From the NCBI GenBank assembly GCA_964016885.1, contig OZ024754.1:39804001-39868000 (forward strand): a stretch of DNA of 64,000 nucleotides. The letters run 5' to 3'. The position numbers and the translations under genes are program-made. This DNA is from Eledone cirrhosa (lineage: Eukaryota). Positions 26,591 through 34,849 of this stretch are shown one piece after another (the first letter of the stretch is position 1; every line of letters starts with the position of its first letter). Below the pieces are notes generated by a model. It was not told where the DNA came from and ran no database searches. It saw only the letters and a list, made by a program, of their open reading frames with translations.

Positions 26591-28057
26591 TCTAGTCCTG
26601 TAGAAGCCATTTCTATATATATATATACATATATGACTTGAATTCTCTTTGTGGTCATCTTGTTGTTAGAGAGCGCGTTTGTGCGCATGTGCATATGTAT
26701 ACATTTATATGTATGAGTATGTAAATATAAATTGACACATACACACACACACAGACATACATTCACACACACACATACATTCACACACACACATATGCAT
26801 ACATTTACACACACACATATGCATACATTTACACATACACTCACACAGAGCATGGCAAAGCTTGGAACTCTGTTCGCTCTTTTTACTCTAATTTTTTCAC
26901 CATCCCCTTCCTTCCTTTTAACTCATTCATCTCATAAGTGAACTGACAGACAGACGGGCACCAAACAACAATTATTATATAAGATAACAAAAACTTTTAC
27001 TCTGTGAAAGTCATGGGTTGCATGCGGGCCATTTGGCATTCTGAATGGCACACCTAATTTGAAAATTATCTTGAAATATTTTAGTTATGATGAGCGACAT
27101 CTTATGTGTCCCACTGCTTGAAAATGGCTGCCTGCACCTGCTCTAGAAGATATTTTACTCTGAAATATAAAATATAAATTGCTCTCACCTTTGTTTTATA
27201 GGTTGTGGTATGACAGTTCCTGACCCCAGTGGTAGTCAGATGTCAGATGGAGTTGAAATTCCATTAGGAAAAGGTGTTCCTTCAAATGTTGGCAACTCGA
27301 GTCTTTTATACAATGAGTATCCTTTGTTTAATTCTTCAAATTCTTTCGCACATAATAGAACTGGTTTGTTGCTAACTTCTGTTTTAATTTATTTGACTTT
27401 CTTTATATACTGATGATTTCTTCATTTTGTTTTATGATGTCGTGTGGCCTGGTAGTTTGGGTGTTGGGCTTATGAAGTCATGTGGCCTGGTAGTTTGGGT
27501 GTTGGGCTTATGAAGTCATGTGGTCTCCTGGTTGGGTTGTTGGGCTTGTGAAGTCATGTGGTCTCCTGGTTGGGTTGTTGGGCTTATGAAGTCATGTGGT
27601 CTCCTGGTTGGGTTGTTGGGCTTGTGAAGTCATGTGGTCTCCTGGTTGGGTTGTTGGGCTTGTGAAGGCACGCAGACACCCGCTTCCTCATAAAATGTTA
27701 TTAGGAAGAGGGTGTCTACCCTGATTTGGACATACAGAAACACCTGATGGATGTCAAATGATGATATATATATATCAACAAGATCCCAGAGCTGATTCGC
27801 TTAACAAGTGTGGGTAGGTAGAGCTCATCAAATCAGACCGAGGAAACAATGTTTCCGTCGGTCTTTCCAGTTGCTAATACTATCTATCGGTCGTAACTCC
27901 AGGTAGAAGGAGCAACGTGAAATAAAGTGTCTTGCTCAAGGACATAACGCATCGCCCGGTCTGGGAATCAAACTCACAACCTCACGTTTGCGAATCCAAT
28001 TCTCTAACCACCCAGCGACACGCCTTCACGTGCACACTCATACAAACACACACATAT

Positions 28058-28123
<66 letters not shown>

Positions 28124-29163
28124 GTGTTAGGAAGGGAATCCAGCTGTAAAATACCCAGTCAGATTTATAGTCCTTGCCAGAGCAAGGTGCGACATGGCCA
28201 GATTTGTCTACCAGCATGGACGACCGTCTAACTCATGCAAGCGTGGAAGAATTGACACTAAACGGAAATGATGATGATGATATATATGTCGAAATTCTAC
28301 ACAGTGTCCATCTACCAAATTTCACTGAAAAGGCATTAGATCAGACATGTCAAACCGAGGGTCACATGGATCACGTGTTGTCTGAGGGCCACACATTACA
28401 ACTAAGTTTACGAAGATAAAAGCATGCTCGTGCTGTAAAAACCTTTGTGTGTGCCGCAGGTGGGCTTGTAAAGAGCCGCATGTTTGACATGCCTGCATTA
28501 GATGATGCCATGCTATATAAGAATATATTCATCCAAAGTACCACATAGCCATGCCTGATGATATTGTTTGTGATTCTCCTAGATATGTCATAAATGACTC
28601 TAACCCCTTAGCATTTACATTACTCTATATATACCATTGTATTTTTATGGTAAACACTTTATTTCACATAATATTGAATCTATGAGATTTTGATATTATT
28701 TATTTTGAGAACAATACCTTAACATAAGTATGAGTGGCTAGTTACAGCTGGTTTGAATAGAAAGAGGTAAGAGAATTCTGGCCGGTTTAACCCTTTAATG
28801 TTCAAACCGGCCAGAATTCTCTACCTCTTTCTGTTGAAACCGGCTGTAACTGGTCACTCAAACTGATGTTAAGGTATTGTTCTCAAAATAAATACTTTCA
28901 AAATCTCATAGATTCGATATTATGTGAGATAATTATGCGAGATAAAGGCTTTACCATGAAAATATAATAGTATATATATAGAGTAATGTAAATGCTAAAG
29001 GGTTAAACACTTTATTTCTCTTCTTAACTATCGCAGCTTTGTTGCTGTTTTGACAATCTTTATGTTATTGAACCTTAATCTATTCTCCAGATATATTGTG
29101 TATGATATTGCTCAAGTCAAGATTAAATATTTGCTTAGATTGAAGTTTAAATACAGATGGTGA
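1944..29163 (+). CDS. PARP1: Poly(ADP-ribose) polymerase 1, 5'-partial, 22 exons in window
   Basis: Exons: 1944-2033, 2811-2889, 4143-4259, 5045-5127, 6254-6373, 8049-8147, 9353-9501, 10649-10794, 11807-11867, 13461-13538, 14632-14764, 15850-16048, 16892-17017, 17946-18029, 19364-19486, 19958-20080, 20660-20758, 22255-22407, 23254-23381, 24443-24504, 27202-27316, 29091-29163. All GT-AG with consistent phases. The translation is collinear with PARP1: Zn3 (CPEC...C...WTKC), [17 protein letters not shown] (FRSWGRVGT), [66 protein letters not shown]-terminal exons lie upstream of the window. Confidence 0.97.
2350..2625. repeat. 25-bp minisatellite, ~11 copies
   Basis: Unit GGTATAGAATAGGTACACTGTGTCT. 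Confidence 0.95.
2811..2889 (+). CDS. PARP1: PARP1 exon (NLS-like linker)
   Basis: tacag|...|gtttgt; [26 protein letters not shown]. Confidence 0.85.
2990..3052. mobile_element. Miniature mariner-type foldback (TIR-only) element
   Basis: GTCAAGTATGAAATTTGT / ACAAATTTCATACTTGAC inverted arms; second copy at 15718-15813. Confidence 0.6.
4143..4259 (+). CDS. PARP1: PARP1 exon (Zn3/PADR1 N-part)
   Basis: caag|...|gtaatt; [39 protein letters not shown]; acceptor could alternatively be the CAG ending at 4148. Confidence 0.85.
5045..5127 (+). CDS. PARP1: PARP1 exon (Zn3)
   Basis: [27 protein letters not shown]. Confidence 0.92.
5760..6176. mobile_element. Inverted dimer of MITE family A
   Basis: Two oppositely oriented copies joined at TTAA 5964-5967. 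Confidence 0.85.
6254..6373 (+). CDS. PARP1: PARP1 exon (Zn3)
   Basis: [39 protein letters not shown]. Confidence 0.92.
6393..6846 (+). mobile_element. Tc1/mariner non-autonomous element with nested MITE A
   Basis: TA|CAGGGTGATCATAAAGTCTTT...AAAGACTTTATTGCTCATCCTG|TA; contains [14 protein letters not shown], resembling a mariner-like transposase N-terminus. Confidence 0.75.
8049..8147 (+). CDS. PARP1: PARP1 exon (linker)
   Basis: [32 protein letters not shown]. Confidence 0.88.
8183..8403 (+). mobile_element. Second tRNA-derived SINE family, full copy
   Basis: GGCGGTGGATTGGCAG head, B-box GAGTTCAAATCC, central GCCTTTCATCCTTACGGGGTCGATAAAATAAAGTACCAG, (ATT) tail; copies at about 3608-4050 (tandem), 11420-11712, 52660-52800(-), 58990-59208(-), 62010-62218(-). 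Confidence 0.8.
8540..8945 (+). mobile_element. RTE-clade LINE 3' fragment
   Basis: [15 protein letters not shown]...[14 protein letters not shown] resembles the RTE C-terminal RLRWFGHV...RGRPRKTW; degenerate. Confidence 0.75.
9353..9501 (+). CDS. PARP1: PARP1 exon (BRCT)
   Basis: [16 protein letters not shown]...[20 protein letters not shown]. Confidence 0.9.
9532..9853 (-). mobile_element. Near full-length tRNA-derived SINE with RTE-like (GAT)n tail
   Basis: Minus strand: A-box TAGTGGTTAG, B-box GTTCAATTC, core CCTTGAGCAAGGCACTTTATTTCACATTGCTCCAG, GGCATCCAGCTGTAGAAA, tail (TGA)n; very similar copy at 44305-44563 (+); tail fragments at about 2140-2320, 8985-9130, 9900-10080, 12925-13110, 21318-21490, 28125-28282, 51380-51547. 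Confidence 0.8.
10649..10794 (+). CDS. PARP1: PARP1 exon (BRCT)
   Basis: [32 protein letters not shown]...HNIAPWGDD. Confidence 0.92.
11807..11867 (+). CDS. PARP1: PARP1 exon (automodification linker)
   Basis: tttcag|...|gtaaat; [20 protein letters not shown]; phases fit neighbours. Confidence 0.82.
11877..12623. repeat. 28-bp minisatellite, ~26 copies
   Basis: Unit GATATCTCCAATACATTTGATATGACTT, variants CCATTCC and GGCTT. Confidence 0.97.
13120..13420. repeat. 48-bp SINE-derived minisatellite
   Basis: CCACTTTACAGAGTGGACTGGGTGTATTTTATCATGGCACCAACACTA. Confidence 0.85.
13461..13538 (+). CDS. PARP1: PARP1 exon
   Basis: [25 protein letters not shown]. Confidence 0.92.
14020..14430. repeat. 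48-bp SINE-derived minisatellite
   Basis: CCACTTTACAGAGTGCACTGGGTGCATTGTATCATAGTACCAGCACTA, ~8 copies. Confidence 0.9.
14632..14764 (+). CDS. PARP1: PARP1 exon (WGR)
   Basis: [43 protein letters not shown]. Confidence 0.93.
15850..16048 (+). CDS. PARP1: PARP1 exon (WGR)
   Basis: [18 protein letters not shown]...[11 protein letters not shown]. Confidence 0.95.
16061..16425. repeat. 71-bp tandem array inside MITE A, 5 copies
   Basis: Repeated left arm TAGCATTTACATTACTCT...ATTATCTCA. Confidence 0.9.
16892..17017 (+). CDS. PARP1: PARP1 exon (helical domain)
   Basis: [28 protein letters not shown]. Confidence 0.94.
17631..17836. mobile_element. hAT-type MITE
   Basis: TIR CAGGCATGTCAAAC...GTTTGACATGCCTG; 8-bp TSD ATTTACAT/ATCTACAT. 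Confidence 0.85.
17946..18029 (+). CDS. PARP1: PARP1 exon (helical domain)
   Basis: [28 protein letters not shown]; donor gtttgt, alternative in-frame gt 3 nt earlier. Confidence 0.9.
18150..18720 (+). mobile_element. Degenerate RTE-type reverse transcriptase fragment
   Basis: [23 protein letters not shown] (GVRQGCxLSPLLF), LEFAGDL (decayed YADD motif); stops and frameshifts. Confidence 0.8.
19364..19486 (+). CDS. PARP1: PARP1 exon (helical domain)
   Basis: [30 protein letters not shown]. Confidence 0.95.
19958..20080 (+). CDS. PARP1: PARP1 exon
   Basis: [41 protein letters not shown]. Confidence 0.95.
20660..20758 (+). CDS. PARP1: PARP1 exon (ART domain)
   Basis: [33 protein letters not shown]. 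Confidence 0.94.
21145..21669. mobile_element. Tigger/pogo-like MITE interrupted by a SINE fragment (about 21318-21490)
   Basis: CAGTTGTCCCTCAGTATTCGC start, degenerate GTGAATGCCAGGAGTACACTG end, in TA context. Confidence 0.55.
22255..22407 (+). CDS. PARP1: PARP1 exon (ART, catalytic His)
   Basis: [28 protein letters not shown]. Confidence 0.96.
23254..23381 (+). CDS. PARP1: PARP1 exon (ART, catalytic Tyr)
   Basis: [42 protein letters not shown]. Confidence 0.96.
24029..24134. mobile_element. Small Tc1-like MITE
   Basis: GGTGACCCAAAAGT / ACTTTTGGGCCACC inverted ends flanked by TA. Confidence 0.5.
24443..24504 (+). CDS. PARP1: PARP1 exon
   Basis: [20 protein letters not shown]. Confidence 0.93.
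25034..26985. mobile_element. Tandemly duplicated, rearranged repeat (Helentron/HINE-like end)
   Basis: A ~345-bp block at 25034 is repeated at 25964 and partly at 26380; microsatellite-rich interior; ends GACAGACAGACG...TATTATATAAGAT. Confidence 0.45.
27202..27316 (+). CDS. PARP1: PARP1 penultimate exon
   Basis: [37 protein letters not shown], then GA of the catalytic Glu codon; donor GTATCCTTT. Confidence 0.95.
27430..27667. repeat. 38-bp minisatellite, ~6 copies
   Basis: GAAGTCATGTGGTCTCCTGGTTGGGTTGTTGGGCTTGT. Confidence 0.88.
28342..28495. mobile_element. hAT-type MITE
   Basis: TIR CAGACATGTCAAAC...GTTTGACATGCCTG; perfect 8-bp TSD CATTAGAT. Confidence 0.85.
28600..29006. mobile_element. 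Inverted dimer of MITE family A inside the PARP1 U12 intron
   Basis: Two oppositely oriented copies joined at TTAA 28787-28790. Confidence 0.85.
29091..29163 (+). CDS. PARP1: PARP1 last coding exon
   Basis: (E)[23 protein letters not shown]; AATAAA candidates downstream near 29258, 29523, 29561. Confidence 0.95.
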
Positions 29164-30076
29164 ATGTGCCTTTTACATTGGAACAGAAAGAGAAACTGAC
29201 TGAAACATACACAACTGATACCTTTTATCTACTTTCATGTTTTAATCTGTGATTTCTAATAAATCCCTTTTTTTTTCTTGTATCTCATACCATTATTGAA
29301 CACAGATGCTTCTTTCTTATGTTCTCAGTCCCATGATGGTAGCTAAAATGTTAAAATCTCATTTGTATTGCCAATACTTATGTTAACATATTTTATACTA
29401 ACCGAAAATTAGTATTCTCATATTTGTTAATGTTTTTTTTTGTTTTTTTTTACTATCCAAACATGTGGCTTATACATGTCTCTATTCTGGTGGGGTTATA
29501 GAAAAAAAATTTAACTTTATTCAATAAATAATAATTATAGAAAAAAATTTAAGTTTATTCAATAAATAATAAAACTACTTTCTAATTTCAAAATATTTAC
29601 TGATTTAGTTCTAACTTCTTTCATTTATTCTCTTGTTTTATATTGTTAACCATGAAATATATTTAAAGTCTACAATTTTTTTGATAAAGTGCTATTGTTT
29701 ATAACAACGAAAAAAACAAGCTTTTTTTTTTTATTGCCGTTTATTTCCAATGTACCACATAAAACCATGTTAACAAGACATTGTTGAAAAGTACAAAGCA
29801 GCACTATGACTGCATCACATTAAGAATGAAAGTCTTTGCTGTAATATGGCAAATTTTCACAATGATCAATCTGCTAGTAAAGATACTATAAGCATTTACA
29901 TTAACAAATACCTTTAGAATAATTTCTATTAAATCATTAGAGGATGTTTATAGTTAAAGTAACCTCCTTATTTGTACGACATTTTATTAATAAATTTCTA
30001 GAAAATTCCAAATTAATCTGACACTATTATGTTATTGAAATTATATTAAAGACAATTTGTAAAATTTATGAAATGC

Positions 30077-30386
30077 ACTAAAACCTTGGTTCACAAACTT
30101 AATTCATTCCTGAAGGTTGTTTGTCACTTAAAATGTTTGTAAACTGAAACTATTTTTCTCATACAAAATGTTATGGGAGAAATATAGTGAGAGAGAGAGA
30201 CTGTGTGTGAAAAACAGATAGATATCACCATAGTAACTAAATACACAGCAAGTGACGTTTTCCCACCGATACTCCAAGTTTGTTGCCAACTGTTGTTGCT
30301 GGCTTGCATGTTCATTACTCGAAACACAATTCTTGAACTGGTTTGTTCGTTATGAGAGGTGTTTTCGTGAACCAAGGTTCCACTGT
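30077..30386. mobile_element. Tigger-like MITE
   Basis: Inverted ends CACTAAAACCTTGGTTCAC / GTGAACCAAGGTTCCACTG followed by TA. Confidence 0.55.
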
Positions 30387-30439
30387 ATAGTATTTTCCTG
30401 TGTAGAAAACTCTGTGTATTTACAGTTCAAATTCCACCT

Positions 30440-30860
30440 CTTTCTGTCTGGAAAGATCAATGGAAACATCGTTTCGTTGGTCTGATCTGATGATCTGCTC
30501 CTTTCTTCTGCCAGGAGTTGTGACTGACAGATAATATCAGCAATGGAAAGACCAATGGAGACATTGTTTTCTTGGTTTGATCTGATGATCAGCTCTTTTC
30601 TTCTGCCAGGAGTTGTGACTGACAGATAGTATCAGCAATGAAAAGACCAATGGAGACATTGTTTTCTTGGTCTGATTTGATGATCAGCTCTTTTCTTCTG
30701 CCAGGGGACTGGCAGATTGTGTCAACAATGTTAAAACCAATGGAAACATAGTTTCCCTGGTATGATCTGATGCCTGAATCTGTTCTTCGACTGGCAGATA
30801 GCATCATCAATGGAAAGACTAATGGAAGCATAGTTTCCTTCAGCTGATCATCAGATCGGC
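30440..30860. repeat. ~85-bp degenerate tandem repeat
   Basis: Repeated AAAGACCAATGGAGACATTGTTTTCTTGGT...GATGATCAGCTC; the same segment occurs dispersed at about 5620, 27830 and 44235. Confidence 0.75.
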
Positions 30861-31524
30861 TCCTTTCCTTTTTTCCTTTAGTTCTACAATGAGTAGTAAT
30901 TCTTTCTTTTTCTGCTGTTGCTTGGTTTGGTGGGGACAGGGGAAGAGACTGTCCTGTTATTTGTCTGGTATTAGTGACACGATAAAAGTGAGTACTGTTA
31001 GGTTGAGCACTATCTAACTATCTCAAAACTTGACATAATCTTATGTAAGAACCTTTGTTCCAAACACCAACTTAATAATGAAAAAGTTAATTATATTATT
31101 AAATCCCTTCAAATTATTGATTATTTTCCAAATCATTTCAAAAACCCATAGGCAGTGCCTCTTACTAGAAACATGGTTAAAGTTTTCTTTTAGGAATAAA
31201 CACTTGACATTCATCAGTTTGTTTCAACTATTAAATTCACATTAAGTTGTAACAAGCTCAAGAAAACATTCACAAATATTTTAATAATTCTTTACTTTGA
31301 AAAATATGTTTATTTTAAACAGTAGTCAAGTTATATTTCCAATCGTGCTCATTGTTGCACATTGAATCATCCTTCTAATATTGTTTAAAATCATTTATAT
31401 AATGATCTTCTTTCATTTTTTCTCTCTGTTTTATTTCATCATTTCTTCCTATGCAAATTGTTTTTATTTCTTTATTTTTGTATCTGAAAGTATTAAGAGA
31501 AAAATTTCTCCTTGTTAATATTGC

Positions 31525-31736
31525 TTAACCCTTTAGCATTTACATTACTCTATATTCACTATTGTATTTTCACGGTAAATTATCTCACATAATATCAAAG
31601 CCACAAGATTTTGATGACATTTATTTTGAGAACAATACTTTAACATAAGTATGAGCAGCCGATTACGGCTGGTTTGAACAGAAAGAGGTGGGAGAATTCT
31701 GGCCAGATACAGCTGGTTTAAATGCTAAAGGGTTAA
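31525..31736. mobile_element. ~205-bp TTAA-specific (piggyBac-type) MITE, family A, reference copy
   Basis: TTAA|CCCTTTAGCATTTA...TAAATGCTAAAGGG|TTAA. Other copies at about 4722-4927, 5760-5967, 5964-6176, 6472-6696, 7482-7701, 10342-10536, 15116-15353, 16061-16573, 19638-19810, 28600-28790, 28787-29006, 43127-43331, 46438-46634, 51116-51574, 53735-54140, 54798-55012, 61544-61765, 63006-63226. Confidence 0.88.
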
Positions 31737-33114
31737 ACATCTTGTTAACCATTCTGTGATTGGTTTTTACTATTTGATATCATATCACTTAATCTTTTTT
31801 TTTTATATAACACAACACAGTAAGAGATTGTTGTATAATGTGTATGTATTCTCATAGTTAACATAATCATTTATTTTTAATTTTGATTTGCTGCTACAAC
31901 TGTTGCATGTGGTTAAGAGGAAATTGTGCTACTGGCACCAAAATTTACAGATTGCTGCTAGCTGACAAAATGTTGCTCCACATCCCTTGCAAGGGTCTCA
32001 CAAGCTTAGAAAGGGAAGCCCTGATTGCAAATGTTACTCCACATTCCTTGTGAGTGTCTCACAAGCTGAGAAAGGGAAATTCTGTTTGCAAAAATAGTTA
32101 TTTTATAATACCATGCATAGGTTGTATGAAATTAAAAATAAAGTATTTCTGTTGTAATAAAAAAAATTGTTTATTTTATTTTGAGGTATATTTAGAAAAT
32201 CTCTGATGAAAATATATGATAATGTTATTAGATGTGATATAATCAGATGTAATGATGAAATTAGATTGTGATAGCATAATTAGATGTAATGTCATTTGAT
32301 GTGATAATGTAGTTAGATGTAATCAGACAGGATACATTAAAAATATGACACCAGTGCTGGTAGCACAACAAAATGCATTCAAAAGAGTACAGGACTGCAT
32401 GTAAGCAAGATACAGGCCCCCCAGACCATCTGAGATGTCAATAGTTCTGCTTGAGTACTGACTGTCTGTAAGGGCCTGTCCAACCCTTGCTAGTGAATGG
32501 TGATTATCATGACCAATGGTTTATTTTATCAAAAATGAATATGTAAAATATACTTCCATACCACTAGGTATCATTGTATATAATTATGACTCCAGTCATC
32601 AATATCATCACCATTTAACATCTATTTTCCATGCTTGGTTAGAGAGGTTGTCTTGATTTCTATGGCTAGATGCCCTTCCTAACCAACCATTTTACAGTGT
32701 GTACTGGGAGCATTGTTCTATGGTTGGATGCCCTTCCTAACACTAACCACTTTACATTTAGATGTTTATTCATTATGGAAGTAGATTAGGTATTGATGTA
32801 TCTAATTGTGACTCTAGTGATATTTAGATTAATTAAGGCAGGTGGCAGGTTATATTACATTGTATTGTGTAACTAACTTTGTAAAGTGGTTGACATTTGC
32901 TGGGTCATCCAGCTATAGAATCCATGCCAAAATACGGAACATATGAGCTAGGTATGGTTTTCTGTCTAGTCTAATCTATACCAACATGGAAAACATGGAA
33001 AATAATGATGCTGCAGTGAAAATGTGTGAAATTTATTTTCATGAAATTTTGAATGCAATTGTGATATAGGTTTTTTGAGAAGTTATTTTCTTAGAGATTT
33101 TCATATTGTAACTC

Positions 33115-33345
33115 ATTTTAGAACCTTCTGCTCCTTCACCCACTTACTTATTCCTGAGAGGGTCATGAGGACAGAATTCTCAGGCCTTCCAAAGAATCCT
33201 ATCAGAAGAAATTGTCTCCAAATGATCCAGATGGATCCACAAGTGAGATCAACTAAACTTGTGGATGTTATCCAACCATCTTATTTGTGGTCTACCTCTG
33301 GGTGTCACGTAATTCTTTCCTTAGATAGTTGAACCACATGTCTAT
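33115..33345 (-). mobile_element. RTE-type LINE 3' remnant
   Basis: Minus strand encodes a decayed PRGRPQIRWLDNI motif. Confidence 0.5.
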
Positions 33346-34740
33346 AATACTAGAGCTGTCATCTCTAGATATGGAGAAGCTGTGCTATTAAAATATTACT
33401 AGGTGTCTTATAGGCTTTCATAATCAATTGAGGTTATTTGTTAATTTGGGGTTAATGTAATATATGTTTTAACCCTACTAATACCACGCTGCCTGTAACT
33501 TTCCCTCTTTCTTCAATGCTAATATGTTTATTTTAAAAAACCTAACACCAACTTAATGAAAACATTTTACTAAATCCCTTTAAATTCTTGATTATTAAAA
33601 AAATTATTTGAAAAACCTACTCTGTCTTTCATGACAAATATGGTAATGAAAAGGTTAAAATGGGCATTATTTACTTTTTTTAATTATAAATAGGAATTAG
33701 TTTAGGTTTATGTGTGTATGTAAATTACTTATTTTGGGTGGTAGATGACAGAATTGGTAGAGCATCAGACAACTTTGTATTTGTGTTGTGTGTTAGCTTT
33801 GTTTTGACTTTGTCTTTTATTCCCACATGTTTGATAAAATAATTACCAGTAATACACCAGAGTCATTTCAGTCTACTACATCTCTTCCATACAAATTTAT
33901 GGATGAAAACACAATTCTTTCATTAATTTTGTTTTTGAAAATTATTCTAAAGTTTACACATTTAAATTTTTTTATCCCTTTTCATACCTGGTTCTATGGT
34001 ACAAAATTGTTTATTTGAAAGTGTTTATTAAAAAAATTAATAAATAAGCACTTTATGAAAAATTGAAATGAAAACAAAACAACAAAAAAACATTGGTTTA
34101 CTAAAAAAAAAAAAATGGCTGCTGTGAAATTTATATAAAGTTGTTTGAGCAGATTCTTGTTTAGACATTCCTGCTATGACCACCTCAACATTTTTCCACA
34201 CTAAATCTACAACATCCAATGTGTCCATTTTAGTTTTTTTTTTTAAATATAAGACTGTAGGGTGTAATTTGGGATTTAGCTGTCATTTCTAGTTAGTCAA
34301 GCGACTATACAAGTATTGTTAATTGTCTTGATTTATATTTATTTATCACCAGGTCAGTATTGCTCAAGATGTGTGACCAGAGCTGTCCCTCCCATAACCA
34401 TCTCGTCTTATTTTCAAGCACAGTGTACCTAGGCCTATATCATCTAATGTGTATTTGGAGGGCAATTTGGCTGCTATTTCTAGCAGCTTTATCGACAGCG
34501 TTGAGGCTTGATTTTTGTAATAGTTGGTTATTTATTAGCAAATCAGCACTGGTCAAGATATGTGGCCGGAGGCGTTCCGGTCATAGCTATCTCATTTTAA
34601 TTTCAAACACAATTATCCAATGTATTGCTATTTTTAATTCGCAGAGTGTAATTTGATGGAGGTTTGGCTGCTATTTGCAGCTTTTATTATGTAAGTAGAA
34701 TTCTTTCAGTCAATGTTTGTTACAAGTATATAGTTAAGTG

Positions 34741-34819
34741 GAGTTATCTGCCGCTGTCAGTTTGAAGTTAATTTGAGTTATCTGCCGCTAGATGTCACCT
34801 CCTGCCAACATGGCGTCAC
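34741..34819 (+). promoter_or_regulatory. Putative LIN52 core promoter / 5' region
   Basis: Locally GC/CpG-richer patch; direct repeat GAGTTATCTGCCGCT (34741, 34775) flanking TTTGAA (CHR-like, 34761); CTCF-like CCGCTAGATGTCAC (34785); YY1-like AACATGGCG over the ATG. Motif matches only. Confidence 0.4.
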
Positions 34820-34849
34820 CAAGTGCGGGCAATTCGGATCTCGATGCTG
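34810..34849 (+). CDS. LIN52: LIN52 exon 1
   Basis: ccaacATGGCG Kozak context; MASPSAGNSDLDA; donor gtaaca. Confidence 0.85.

Larger units (their letters stand above)
27317..29090 (+). other. U12-type (minor spliceosome) GT-AG intron of PARP1
   Basis: 5' splice site GTATCCTTT (exact U12 consensus); branch sequence ACCTTAAT at 29072-29079 with the branch A 12 nt before the AG end; no long polypyrimidine tract. Confidence 0.93.

Noticed and set aside
25186-26941. Many short YI/HT/CV/RE-rich ORFs (also near 21736, 42814, 56159)
   Set aside because: Dinucleotide microsatellite and low-complexity translations
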